A stretch of DNA of 64,000 nt from Acetatifactor sp. (GTDB lineage: Bacteria; Bacillota; Clostridia; Lachnospirales; Lachnospiraceae): the NCBI GenBank assembly GCA_045539535.1, contig JAZQFO010000131.1, forward strand, positions 33,456 through 97,455, read 5' to 3'. Each line of letters begins with the position of its first letter. Positions within the stretch are counted from its first letter, which is position 1. Made by a program: the position numbers and the translations under genes. Positions 38,412-48,181 of the stretch are shown piece by piece. A model generated the notes under the pieces. The model worked only from the letters and a program-made list of their open reading frames with translations. It had not been told where the DNA came from and did not search any database.

Positions 38412-38496
38412 ATTAATCAAGTAAAACAAGTTTGCTGAATTTACTTATTGAAAACAAGGACGTGTCAAAAGTGAGACGGTAGACAATAAACAATAT

Positions 38497-38511
38497 GCTT
38501 CAGGATGAAGC
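38497..38511 (+). promoter_or_regulatory. Putative CsrA-binding hairpin in flagellin-2 leader
   Basis: gcttc-AGGAT-gaagc upstream of SD aaggagga. Confidence 0.7.
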
Positions 38512-38534
38512 CCCAATTCAAGGAGGAATATACT

Positions 38535-39359
38535 ATGGTAGTACAGCACAATTTAACCGCAATGAACTCTAACAGAATGCTTGGTCTTACAACTACATCT
38601 CAGGCAAAGTCAACTGAGAAGTTGTCTTCCGGTTACAAGATTAACCGTGCAGCAGATGATGCAGCAGGACTTGCTATTTCCGAGAAAATGAGACGTCAGA
38701 TTCGTGGCCTGACTCAGGCTTCCGCAAACGCACAGGATGGTATCTCCATGGTGCAGACAGCAGAAGGTGCTTTGAACGAAGTTCATGACATGCTTCAGCG
38801 TATGAACGAGCTGGCAGTTAAGGCTGAGAATGGTACTCTGATGAGCGAAGATCGTGACTACATCGATCAGGAGGTTCAGCAGCTTAAGTCTGAAATCGAT
38901 CGTGTTGCTTCCACCACTACTTTCAACCAGCAGAATCTGCTTGATGCTACCGGTGGAAATGATCAGAATGGTGTATTTGAACTCCAGGTAGGTGCAGAGG
39001 CTAACCAGCACATCACCTTGACCATGAGTTCTATGAAGTGTTCTACACTCCAGCTTACCGGCGATGCACAGACCGCAAGCAATGCAGCTACCTTGAATGC
39101 TCAGATTAAGGAAGCTATCAAGACTGTAAACCAGCAGAGAGCTGACCTTGGTGCAGTTCAGAACAGACTTGAGCACACCATCGCTAACCTGGACAACGTA
39201 GTTGAGAATACTACAGCAGCTGAGTCCAGCATCCGTGATACCGATATGGCTACTGAGATGGTTAAGTATGCTAACAACAATGTACTTGCTCAGGCAGGTC
39301 AGTCCATGTTAGCACAGGCTAATCAGTCCAATCAGGGTGTATTGACTCTGCTTCAGTAA
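38535..39359 (+). CDS. fliC: Flagellin 2 (274 aa)
   Basis: Close paralog of flagellin 1. Start set at MVVQHN after AAGGAGG. Confidence 0.97.
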   Translation: MVVQHNLTAMNSNRMLGLTTTSQAKSTEKLSSGYKINRAADDAAGLAISEKMRRQIRGLTQASANAQDGISMVQTAEGALNEVHDMLQRMNELAVKAENGTLMSEDRDYIDQEVQQLKSEIDRVASTTTFNQQNLLDATGGNDQNGVFELQVGAEANQHITLTMSSMKCSTLQLTGDAQTASNAATLNAQIKEAIKTVNQQRADLGAVQNRLEHTIANLDNVVENTTAAESSIRDTDMATEMVKYANNNVLAQAGQSMLAQANQSNQGVLTLLQ

Positions 39360-39394
39360 TCAGCAAACACAGACAGTACTAGTATAAGTTAAAC

Positions 39395-39431
39395 AAAATT
39401 CCCTTTTGCAGAAGTGTAAAAGGGAATTTTT
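39395..39431 (+). terminator. Intrinsic terminator of flagellin 2
   Basis: aaaattcccttttgca-gaag-tgtaaaagggaattttt. Confidence 0.75.
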
Positions 39432-39450
39432 CATATAAAGAAGAGGTCGT

Positions 39451-40629
39451 ATGAAAAAAATACTTTTTATTGAGTGGAACAGCTTTGGAAATACAGCGGT
39501 GATACAAGCTTTTGAGGCGATAGGGTATCAGGTGGACAAGTTCTATCTGGACCAAAAAGGAACGGACACCAGAAGAGATGAGGAAGTTGCCAAGAATATG
39601 GTAAGCAGTATGATTGGAAAGGGGTATACTTTTGTCTTTTCTTTTAACTATTACCCGGTGGTTGCGGTGGCGTGTAAGGCGTGTAATGTTTTATATGTTT
39701 CTTGGACCTATGACAGTCCCTTTATTCAGCTTTTTTCCAAAACAGCGGAGTTTGATACCAATTTAATTCTTTCTTTTGATCAGGAGACCTGCAGACAGCT
39801 GCAGGCAAAAGGGATTCAGGCAAGATACCTGCCTATGGCAGCACCTATGGATTGTTACAGCGCGGTACTGAGTGGTGGAGCAAAGGACAATCCCTATGCA
39901 GGAGATATTTCCTTTGTAGGTTCCTTATATGATGAAATCTCCGGGAAATTATTGGATTATCTGGACAGGTTAGATCCCTACGAGAAAGGTTTCATAGATG
40001 CGCTGATAAAGGTGCAAAAGGGGATTTATGGCTACAACTTTATAGAAGAAACCTTAATACAACAGCCCAAGCTGATGGAGAATATTCAGAAGAAGGTACC
40101 TGTGTATGCCCAGGGAGATGGCCTGGAGAGCGCGGAATGGGTGTTGGCCAATTATTTTATCAATCGCAAGATTACGGTATATGAACGCAAAGAAATTCTG
40201 GAGATGCTGGGCAAGGACCACCAGATTAATTTGTATACCACCAGTAAGACCCGGATTCCCGGGGTAGATAATCGTGGTAGCGTGGATTATCACAGAGAGG
40301 CTCCGCTTGTTTTTGCCGGCAGCAAAATCAACTTAAATATTACCCTTAGAAGTATTTTGTCAGGGGTGCCACTTAGAGCTTTTGATATCATGGCCTGCGG
40401 AGGATTTTTGATATCCAATTATCAGTCGGATTTTGTAGATTTATTCACTCCTGATGAGGATTTTGTGGTATACTATGACTATGAGGATTTAAAAGAAAAA
40501 ACAGCCTTTTATTTGCAGCATGATGAAGCGCGGAAAAGGATTGCAGCAAGTGGTAAAGAGAAGGTGGAAAAACACCACACCTATTTGCAAAGAGTAAAGG
40601 CTATTGAACAAATGGTAAACGAATTTTAG
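39451..40629 (+). CDS. CgeB/DUF3880-type glycosyltransferase
   Basis: VSWTYDSP, DISFVGSLY, SKINLNI...GVPLRAFDIMACGGFLISNYQ. Confidence 0.8.
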   Translation: MKKILFIEWNSFGNTAVIQAFEAIGYQVDKFYLDQKGTDTRRDEEVAKNMVSSMIGKGYTFVFSFNYYPVVAVACKACNVLYVSWTYDSPFIQLFSKTAEFDTNLILSFDQETCRQLQAKGIQARYLPMAAPMDCYSAVLSGGAKDNPYAGDISFVGSLYDEISGKLLDYLDRLDPYEKGFIDALIKVQKGIYGYNFIEETLIQQPKLMENIQKKVPVYAQGDGLESAEWVLANYFINRKITVYERKEILEMLGKDHQINLYTTSKTRIPGVDNRGSVDYHREAPLVFAGSKINLNITLRSILSGVPLRAFDIMACGGFLISNYQSDFVDLFTPDEDFVVYYDYEDLKEKTAFYLQHDEARKRIAASGKEKVEKHHTYLQRVKAIEQMVNEF

Positions 40630-40647
40630 TGCGGAAGAGGTTTGGGT

Positions 40648-42174
40648 ATGGCAGAAGCATTTTTGGAAGAATTATATCGATACAGCAATACTGTCAGTCA
40701 GATAAGGCGGGTGATTTCCCATCTTAGAGCAGGGGATGATTTGCATGGCATCAGGCTACTGCGGGAAATTATTGGTGATATGCAAATTTTTTGTGAAAAA
40801 TGTCTGGAAGACCAGTATTCCCAAGCGGGAGAGCTTAGGGATCATCTTCTTCAAATTCCTAAAATGCAGGCGGACAGAGTGCTTCTTGCAGATATGTTGG
40901 AGGGTGCGGCCATTCCTATTATGGAGCGCTGGATTCAGTCTCTGGGACAGATTGAAATGGATTTGGATGAAGACGTTAAAATAGAATCTACGGCCAGTGG
41001 ATTTCTGACGCTGTATCACAAGAAGACAGGTTTTTATTTGCACAGTAATAATGACCCCATGGATGAAGCGGCACAGTTGATACATGCGTTATACGATGTG
41101 GAGAAACCCGGCTATATCGTTTGGGGATGCGGATTGGGTTACCATATTTACCAACTGCATCAGATTTGTCAGGGGGCAGTACCGATAACGATATATGAGC
41201 CTGATGCCGGAATGGTATGCTATGCCAAACAGTACGGTGTGCTTGATTGGATTCCGGAGGATGCCTATCAGATAATTACCGGTGACTGTGTGGAAGGTTT
41301 TCAGAAGCAGATTGCCAAGGGAACGGAAGGGGTATTATTTCACGAGCCTTCCGTGAGAAAATACATACATCCTAAGTGGCGTCAAAAGCTGGATGAAATG
41401 TTGATTCAACACAAGTCCGGTTATGAGGGAAAACAGCAGATTACTCTGAATTTCTGCAGAAATAAAGAGCTTGGTCTGCCGGATATTTCTGCGCTTGATA
41501 TGTCTGCTATGAGGGATGAGGTTGTAGTGATTGCCGCAGGTCCTTCCTTTGACCATGTGGTGGAGCAGATTAGAAAGTGGCAGGGAGAGAAGACGCTGAT
41601 AGCAGTGGGAACCATTTATCGCAGACTTTTGGCGGAGGGAATCCGACCGGACTATGTGGTGGTGATGGATCCCTACGAGACTGCGTACAAACAATTTGAG
41701 GGAATTGAAGAAAAAGAGATTCCCTTGTTGATGAATATGTTGTGTCACTGGAAAATCGCCAGAGCCTATCAGGGACCTAAATATACCATGTGCGTGGAAT
41801 GGGATGGCTGCGGTCTGAAAGAATATGCCAAGGAACATGAGTATCCTTTGTGGCTCAGTGGCGGAACAGTTACTGCACTGGCACTTGAAATTGCAATCCA
41901 GAACAAGGCCAAAACAATCTATTTTGTGGGAATGGATATGGCTTATCCGGCCGGCGTCAGTCACGCCCAAGGGACAAATTTGCGCAGTGAGCGTGGTCTG
42001 GATGGCTTGATAGCGATTGCCGGTGTTCGGGGGCAGACGGTCTATACAGACAATGCTTTTATGATGTATAGACAGTGGATAGAAGCCAGAATCGAAAATA
42101 CAAAGGGTATTACTTTTTACAATATGTCTGATGTGGGAGCCCATATCAGAGGGACGAAGGAATGGTCAGAGTGA
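40648..42174 (+). CDS. Motility-associated factor (Maf/DUF115) family protein
   Basis: GCGLGYH, VIAAGPSF, PDYVVVMDP, GGTVT..A, YFVGMDMAY....HA. Confidence 0.8.
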   Translation: MAEAFLEELYRYSNTVSQIRRVISHLRAGDDLHGIRLLREIIGDMQIFCEKCLEDQYSQAGELRDHLLQIPKMQADRVLLADMLEGAAIPIMERWIQSLGQIEMDLDEDVKIESTASGFLTLYHKKTGFYLHSNNDPMDEAAQLIHALYDVEKPGYIVWGCGLGYHIYQLHQICQGAVPITIYEPDAGMVCYAKQYGVLDWIPEDAYQIITGDCVEGFQKQIAKGTEGVLFHEPSVRKYIHPKWRQKLDEMLIQHKSGYEGKQQITLNFCRNKELGLPDISALDMSAMRDEVVVIAAGPSFDHVVEQIRKWQGEKTLIAVGTIYRRLLAEGIRPDYVVVMDPYETAYKQFEGIEEKEIPLLMNMLCHWKIARAYQGPKYTMCVEWDGCGLKEYAKEHEYPLWLSGGTVTALALEIAIQNKAKTIYFVGMDMAYPAGVSHAQGTNLRSERGLDGLIAIAGVRGQTVYTDNAFMMYRQWIEARIENTKGITFYNMSDVGAHIRGTKEWSE

Positions 42175-44453
42175 AGCGGACGGTTTTGTACATCGGAACA
42201 GATGAAATCAGCCTTCCGGAGATTGCTATAGCTCTGCAAGACATGGGGCATACAGTAGCAACTTTGGAGTGTCATATGGGAACTGCCGGTTACGTACCGG
42301 CTGAAGAGGAGCGTATCTGTCAGGTGCTGGAGAACGCTTCTTATCAGTTTGTTATTTCGCATAATTTTAGCGAGACCATTGCAAGAGCATGCAATCGCTA
42401 TCAGGTGTCTTATATTGCGTGGGTTTTTGATATGCCTCAAAAGGAGTTGTACACCCAGGCGGCATTTTATAAAAATAATCATATTTTCGTATTTGATAAG
42501 CAGCAGGAGATGCGCTTGAAAGAAATCGGAATTCCCAATGTGTATGCTACCTCCTTGGGTGTGTTGCCCCGGATGTGGATGGGCAATGAGGAGCAGACAC
42601 AGCAGAGGGATATTTCTTTTGTGGGCCAGCTTTATGGCAATCCTTATCTTGAAAATGTGATTGCAGCTGCCCCTGATACCGTACAACAAAACATCAATGC
42701 TATGGCCCGGAAATTGTTGATGCGCTGGGAGAAAGGGGTTCCCGCCACCGGTTATCTGTCAGAAGAAAGTGTCGCCTACCTACGGCGGGTAAAAGGCCAG
42801 GATGTTACACAGCTATACCCCTATATGTCAGAGCAATATTATTACGAGGCAGCAGTGATTTCCAGGGTGTTTGCCAACAGAGAACGCGTGGGAATCTTAA
42901 ATAAGCTGGCGGAGCAATATGATGTGTGCCTATATACCTTTGATGGTCATAGAGAGGGACTAAGCTCTCAAGTGAAGGTATTCCCCGGTGTAGGGTATGG
43001 CGGACAGGCCGGTAAGATTTATCGCCAAAGCAAGATTAACTTAAATATATCTCTACATTGTATTGAGTCCGGAGTGAATCAGCGGATTTTTGATATTATG
43101 GCAGCAGGAGGTTTTGTGCTGAGCAATTACCAAAAGGAATTAGAAGAGCTGTTTGTACCCGGTGAAGAAATTGTCCTGTTCCATAATGAAGCAGAGCTGG
43201 AGGAACTGGTAGCATACTATTTAGCGCATCCGAAGGAGCGACAGGAGATTGCAGCCAAGGGACAGCAGAAAGTGTTGACATGCTATACCTATGAAGTCCT
43301 GTTTGACAGGGTGTTTGCTTGTGTGGATGCCAGAGTGCAGGAATGGGAGGCCGAGCAGACAACGGATGGAGGAAATGCTGTGGGAGAAGATATGGGTTTT
43401 CAGGAGCTTCAGCAGATTGTATCCATATGTCTGGATGAAGTGATTAAGCTAAAAGAAGAGAATGAACAGCTGAAGCGGAAGTTGGAGGAACAACGGGAGC
43501 TTAGTCTGTATTATGGCAAGGAGATTAAGCAGTTGTGGCAGAGGACGGATGCTGTGATGATGGTGGCTGAGCGTGCGGCAGAAAATGCGCCCTACGAAGC
43601 CAGAGATGCAAGACATCCTTTACAGGGAGTGTTTTATCCTACATTCTACAGTATGGAGGAGACGCTGCAACAAATTAAGGAAAACAGGAAAAGCCTGTGC
43701 CGGTTTGGAGACGGAGAGTTTGCAATTATGGCCAATGTGGAGCGGCAGAAGTTTCAAAAATGCGATGCCAAACTGGCAGAACGTCTAAAAGAGGTCATTG
43801 CCAGCGATAACGCTCAAGTGTTGGTGGCTATTGCTGACCATTACGGCAATTTAGAGAATTATACAGAGCAGGCGAAACGGGATATTCGGTGTTATATGAC
43901 CAGAGAGGTTCGTCTGCAGCACCAGCAGTTTTTGGATCCGGACAGAACTTATCACAATGCATACATCAGCAGGCCCTATGCATTGTTTGCGGATAACCGG
44001 ACACAGGCTCCGGCCAAGCGGTTTGAAGCACTTCGTCAAATCTGGCAGAATAGGGATGTGATTATCGTTGAAGGCAAAGAGAGTCGTCTGGGTGTGGGCA
44101 ATGATTTGTTTAGTAATGTTAAATCTATTCGTCGAATCGAGGGACCGGCCGCCAATTCCTTTGATAGATATGAGGAGATTTTACAGGCGGCACTTTCCAA
44201 TGGAACGGAAGAGGTGCTCTATCTGATTGCTATGGGAGCAACGGCAACGGTACTTGCTTATGATTTGGCGAAAGCCGGTTTTCAGGCTTTGGATGTGGGC
44301 CATGTGGATTTGGAATACGAATGGTTTTTGAAAGGAACCGGGGGAAGATGTGAAGTTCCCCACAAATACAACAATGAATGGCCGGGAGGTCAAAAAGTAC
44401 AGGATATCAAAGATGCAGTCTATGAGCAGGAGATTATCGTAGATTTGTCATAA
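42162..44453 (+). CDS. Fusion of CgeB/DUF3880-type GT and GT-D fold (DUF1792) GT
   Basis: N-half SKINLNI..QRIFDIMAAGGF; coiled-coil linker; C-half SLCRFGDGEF, ISRPY, GVGNDLF, DVGHVDLEYEW. Confidence 0.8.
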   Translation: MVRVKRTVLYIGTDEISLPEIAIALQDMGHTVATLECHMGTAGYVPAEEERICQVLENASYQFVISHNFSETIARACNRYQVSYIAWVFDMPQKELYTQAAFYKNNHIFVFDKQQEMRLKEIGIPNVYATSLGVLPRMWMGNEEQTQQRDISFVGQLYGNPYLENVIAAAPDTVQQNINAMARKLLMRWEKGVPATGYLSEESVAYLRRVKGQDVTQLYPYMSEQYYYEAAVISRVFANRERVGILNKLAEQYDVCLYTFDGHREGLSSQVKVFPGVGYGGQAGKIYRQSKINLNISLHCIESGVNQRIFDIMAAGGFVLSNYQKELEELFVPGEEIVLFHNEAELEELVAYYLAHPKERQEIAAKGQQKVLTCYTYEVLFDRVFACVDARVQEWEAEQTTDGGNAVGEDMGFQELQQIVSICLDEVIKLKEENEQLKRKLEEQRELSLYYGKEIKQLWQRTDAVMMVAERAAENAPYEARDARHPLQGVFYPTFYSMEETLQQIKENRKSLCRFGDGEFAIMANVERQKFQKCDAKLAERLKEVIASDNAQVLVAIADHYGNLENYTEQAKRDIRCYMTREVRLQHQQFLDPDRTYHNAYISRPYALFADNRTQAPAKRFEALRQIWQNRDVIIVEGKESRLGVGNDLFSNVKSIRRIEGPAANSFDRYEEILQAALSNGTEEVLYLIAMGATATVLAYDLAKAGFQALDVGHVDLEYEWFLKGTGGRCEVPHKYNNEWPGGQKVQDIKDAVYEQEIIVDLS

Positions 44454-44459
44454 AGGAGG

Positions 44460-47018
44460 ATGCATATGCTGGAATTTCAGGAAGGTTTTTTGGAGCAGGA
44501 GATCAGAAATGGTTTTTATATTGATGTGACCATGAAGACAGTATGGGCAGCAGAGCTGGAGCTATTGCAGAAGGTGGCTGAGGTCTGCAACAAATATGGC
44601 CTGACCTGGTATGCGGCATACGGTACTCTGCTGGGGGCAATCAGACACGAAGGTTTTGTGCCCTGGGATGATGATATGGACATCTGGATGAAGCGTAAGG
44701 ACTATAATAAGCTGATGCAGGTACTGCCCAAGGAGCTGCCTGAAGGGTTTGTGGTACATAGTCCGCTTACCGAAGCCGGCTATGATCAGTATCATACCTG
44801 TGTAAATACGGGAACCGGTGTGAGCATTTCCCCTAAGTGGCTGGAGCAGTTCCACGGCTGTCCCTTTACCGTGGGTCTGGATATCTTCCCCTTGGACTGC
44901 GTACCCAGCAATGAAGGCGAGCGGGTGGTACAGGAGAATCTGTTTTTTATTGCAGCTAATGCGGCACAGATGCTGCGAGGCCTGGAGCGCGGCGAATTCA
45001 ATACCAGAGAGGGTGAGCATGAGTCTGCAGGCGAGGAGCGCAAGGCTGATTTATTGGAGAAAATCACAGAAAATATAGATTATCTGATTGATGAGGTAAA
45101 GTTGCCGATTAAGCGTCATCTGTTGGAAGAGGAGCGCTGGTTTGAACTGACCACCGAGATGTGGAAGTGGGCCAATCACATAGCTATGATGTATAATGAG
45201 GACGAGGGAGATTACCTGGCTCATTATATGGATTATTGCAAGTGGAAACACAAGAAGTATCCTAAGGAGTGGTTTGCACAGGTGTACAGTGCGACCTTTG
45301 AGAATTTCATGTTGCCGATTCCGTGTGGGTATGACTGTTTGCTTAGACTGATTTATGGTGAGTATGATGTATGTCGAAGAAAGAGTGGTATGCATGAATA
45401 CCCTTACTATGCAAGACAGTTGCGTGAAGTGCGGAAATTGTTAAAGCAAAGAGAACAAGAGGCGTTGGGAAAAACAGAGGAAGCTTCGATGATGCTGTTT
45501 GCTTGGGAAGATTTGGAGGTGCCCAAGCAGTGGGAGCATCTTGTGTACAAAAAGGATGGTACACGTAAGAAAATTGTGCTGAGCGCCAATAATCCGGATG
45601 TGTATTTATGTTATGGAGATGCGGCTCTTGATAAGCTGGAAAGCACCCTAAAACAGATGGAAGAGGTGCAAAAGGATGTTGTGTTCTGGTGGCGACCGCA
45701 TCCGATAATGAAGGAGCTGTTGGAGAAGGTATCGCCACAACTGGCAGAGCGCTATCAGTCTATATTGAGTAATTATAAGGTTGCAGGATGGGGAATTTGT
45801 GATGAAACAGATAATACAGAGAGAGCTGTGCATCAGGGCGATGTTTATTACGGAGAGATGAATGCGATTCTACAGCCCTTCCAGAATGCGGGAAAGCCGG
45901 CAGTTATTGCTCATTTGGAAGGGGATAGCTACAGATATAGTAATGAAATCCAAAGACTTCAGTATAAAGGCTTCTGTCAATTTATGGATTTTGTAGAGAA
46001 AGATGGAAAGGTCTACATGGCTAATGTCAATTATAATGAATTGATGATTGTAGACAAGGCGAGCGGAATGTTGCTGGAAAGTATTTCTTTTGAAGGGGTG
46101 TCGCAGGATGCAGAGAGGATGCATTTCCAGTGCGTGATGCAACAAGATAAGATTTGTTTCCTGCCGGTGGGTGCTTCGGGAATTCATGTGTATGATATTA
46201 AAACGGGAGAGCAGAAGTATATTAAGCCGGAAATGGATAACATGGGTCTGTACTCATGGGAGTATATTTGCTCAGATAATCAGGTTTATCTTGTGCCGGA
46301 TCATGCAACCCGGGGATTGTGGAGATGGAATGCGGTAGACAATGCTTTACACTTGGAGGAGTGGTGGAGGTTACCTGAAGATGGAACAGAAATCTTTTCC
46401 GGGCAGTTGGATAAAGATAGCTTCTACACATTATGTTCCGGGACAAATTTGCTGTATATAACAGATTTGCAAGAGAAAAAGGTTGATGAAATTAAACTTC
46501 CGGATTCTAAAGTGGCACGTATTTCCTACGACGGAAATAATTTCTGGTATGTTATGGCAGGATGTACAGATGTTGTGTGCTGGAATCGCGAGAGTGGAGT
46601 GGTTGGTCGAATTGCTCAACATTCGGACTTGTGTTTTATGGGAAGTGATTTTCCTTCTTATTCCGGTATTTGCTGTGTGGAAGATGAGGTGTTTGTGATT
46701 TCACATATTAATTGCATATACCGGGTAAACAAAGAATGTCAAGAGTTACAATTACTATTCACCAGAGAAAACGGAAATTGGGGTTGGCGGTATTTGCTCA
46801 AGAAAGTAGACGACAAACTACTCATGATATTGCAAAAGGACAATGCGCTAATGAGTATCGATTTAGAAAAGCTGACTGTAAAAGAACATACCGTAACACT
46901 CTCTATCGGAGAAAAAGAACAATGGAAACAATTGGAGATATTGTTGCGTAGAGGTGTGTTGTTCTATGAAGAACCGGACAAGGTGGGATTACCGCAAATT
47001 TTACAGTATTATATGTAA
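44460..47018 (+). CDS. LicD-family phosphotransferase with long C-terminal extension
   Basis: GTLLGAIRHEGFVPWDDDMD and LDIFPLD; middle WWRPHP domain; beta-rich C-terminus. Confidence 0.8.
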   Translation: MHMLEFQEGFLEQEIRNGFYIDVTMKTVWAAELELLQKVAEVCNKYGLTWYAAYGTLLGAIRHEGFVPWDDDMDIWMKRKDYNKLMQVLPKELPEGFVVHSPLTEAGYDQYHTCVNTGTGVSISPKWLEQFHGCPFTVGLDIFPLDCVPSNEGERVVQENLFFIAANAAQMLRGLERGEFNTREGEHESAGEERKADLLEKITENIDYLIDEVKLPIKRHLLEEERWFELTTEMWKWANHIAMMYNEDEGDYLAHYMDYCKWKHKKYPKEWFAQVYSATFENFMLPIPCGYDCLLRLIYGEYDVCRRKSGMHEYPYYARQLREVRKLLKQREQEALGKTEEASMMLFAWEDLEVPKQWEHLVYKKDGTRKKIVLSANNPDVYLCYGDAALDKLESTLKQMEEVQKDVVFWWRPHPIMKELLEKVSPQLAERYQSILSNYKVAGWGICDETDNTERAVHQGDVYYGEMNAILQPFQNAGKPAVIAHLEGDSYRYSNEIQRLQYKGFCQFMDFVEKDGKVYMANVNYNELMIVDKASGMLLESISFEGVSQDAERMHFQCVMQQDKICFLPVGASGIHVYDIKTGEQKYIKPEMDNMGLYSWEYICSDNQVYLVPDHATRGLWRWNAVDNALHLEEWWRLPEDGTEIFSGQLDKDSFYTLCSGTNLLYITDLQEKKVDEIKLPDSKVARISYDGNNFWYVMAGCTDVVCWNRESGVVGRIAQHSDLCFMGSDFPSYSGICCVEDEVFVISHINCIYRVNKECQELQLLFTRENGNWGWRYLLKKVDDKLLMILQKDNALMSIDLEKLTVKEHTVTLSIGEKEQWKQLEILLRRGVLFYEEPDKVGLPQILQYYM

Positions 47019-47053
47019 AGCTTAGCCTAGTCTTGAAAGGATAGGAGAGGTTT

Positions 47054-48181
47054 ATGAAAAAGATAAAAGCATCATTTGATCAATTTGCATCAAGGGTACT
47101 GGAGACGGAGCAGAACATTGTCTTGTTTGGTGCAGGAGCTATTGGCAGAATTTTGATACCATATTTATGCCAGGAATATGGTCTGGAGGATCGGGTGTTG
47201 TGTTATATTGACAACAATCCGGATAAGCAGGGCGGCAATATTAAGTTGGTGAAAAAGTCAGTTCCCGTGTATTCGCCGGAGTATTTTTGTCAGTTGCCTG
47301 TGCATAGCTTCGTGGTGTTGATTACGAATGGTGATTTTTATCCTGTGTTAGAGCAATTAGAGGCAATTGAGGCGTTGCAGGAGACGGAAGTTTACCTTGC
47401 GGCAGTGATGCAATTATCTGCCGGATGGGACGGTCAGATTGCAGGGATTTATAAGGGCAGCAGCGAGCCTCTGATTCCTAAAGTAATTCATTATTGCTGG
47501 TTTGGAGGGAATCCTATTCCTGAAAATTTACAGCGCTGTATTGACTCTTGGCATGAGAAATGCCCGGATTATGAAATTATCAGATGGGATGAATCCAATT
47601 ATGATTTGGGCAAGTATGCTTATACAAAGCAGGCTCATGATGCCAAAAAGTGGGGATTTATTCCGGATATTGCCAGATTAGAGCTCTTGTACGAGTATGG
47701 CGGGTTTTATTTGGATACGGATGTGGAGTTGCTTAAGAGCTTAGAAGAATTGCGTTATCAGCCGGGATTTTGTGGCAGAGAAGCATGGGGACATGTAAAC
47801 TTTGGAGGAGGTTCCGGGAGCCGAAAAGGGTTGGATATTGTTGGGGAATTATTAGATTTTCGCAAAAATGTTCCGTTCATTTTGCCTAATGGAGGCTATA
47901 ATTTGGAAGCCAGCGGATATTTTGAAACCAGGCCTCTGATGGATAAAGGTCTGGCAATAAGAGATGTGACGCAAAGAGTTGGAGAACTGACAGTATATGC
48001 CTCGGATTTTTTTCACCCTTATAATTATATCAGCGGGTTGGAGAATATTACTTCCAACACGGTATCCATACACTATTTTAGCGGAAGCTGGTTAGGAGAG
48101 GCCGGGAAGAAATATCGTATGGAGACTAAGGAAAAATATCAGATAATTGTTGATTCGTTATTGGAGATGGAGGCACGATAG
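47054..48181 (+). CDS. GT32-like (DXD) glycosyltransferase with N-terminal Rossmann-like domain
   Basis: LFGAGAIG; IPKVIHYCWFGG; YGGFYLDTDV. Confidence 0.85.
   Translation: MKKIKASFDQFASRVLETEQNIVLFGAGAIGRILIPYLCQEYGLEDRVLCYIDNNPDKQGGNIKLVKKSVPVYSPEYFCQLPVHSFVVLITNGDFYPVLEQLEAIEALQETEVYLAAVMQLSAGWDGQIAGIYKGSSEPLIPKVIHYCWFGGNPIPENLQRCIDSWHEKCPDYEIIRWDESNYDLGKYAYTKQAHDAKKWGFIPDIARLELLYEYGGFYLDTDVELLKSLEELRYQPGFCGREAWGHVNFGGGSGSRKGLDIVGELLDFRKNVPFILPNGGYNLEASGYFETRPLMDKGLAIRDVTQRVGELTVYASDFFHPYNYISGLENITSNTVSIHYFSGSWLGEAGKKYRMETKEKYQIIVDSLLEMEAR

Noticed and set aside
37144-39176. Similar antisense ORFs (186 and 188 aa) in both flagellins
   Set aside because: Their similarity follows from the flagellin duplication; no independent coding evidence.
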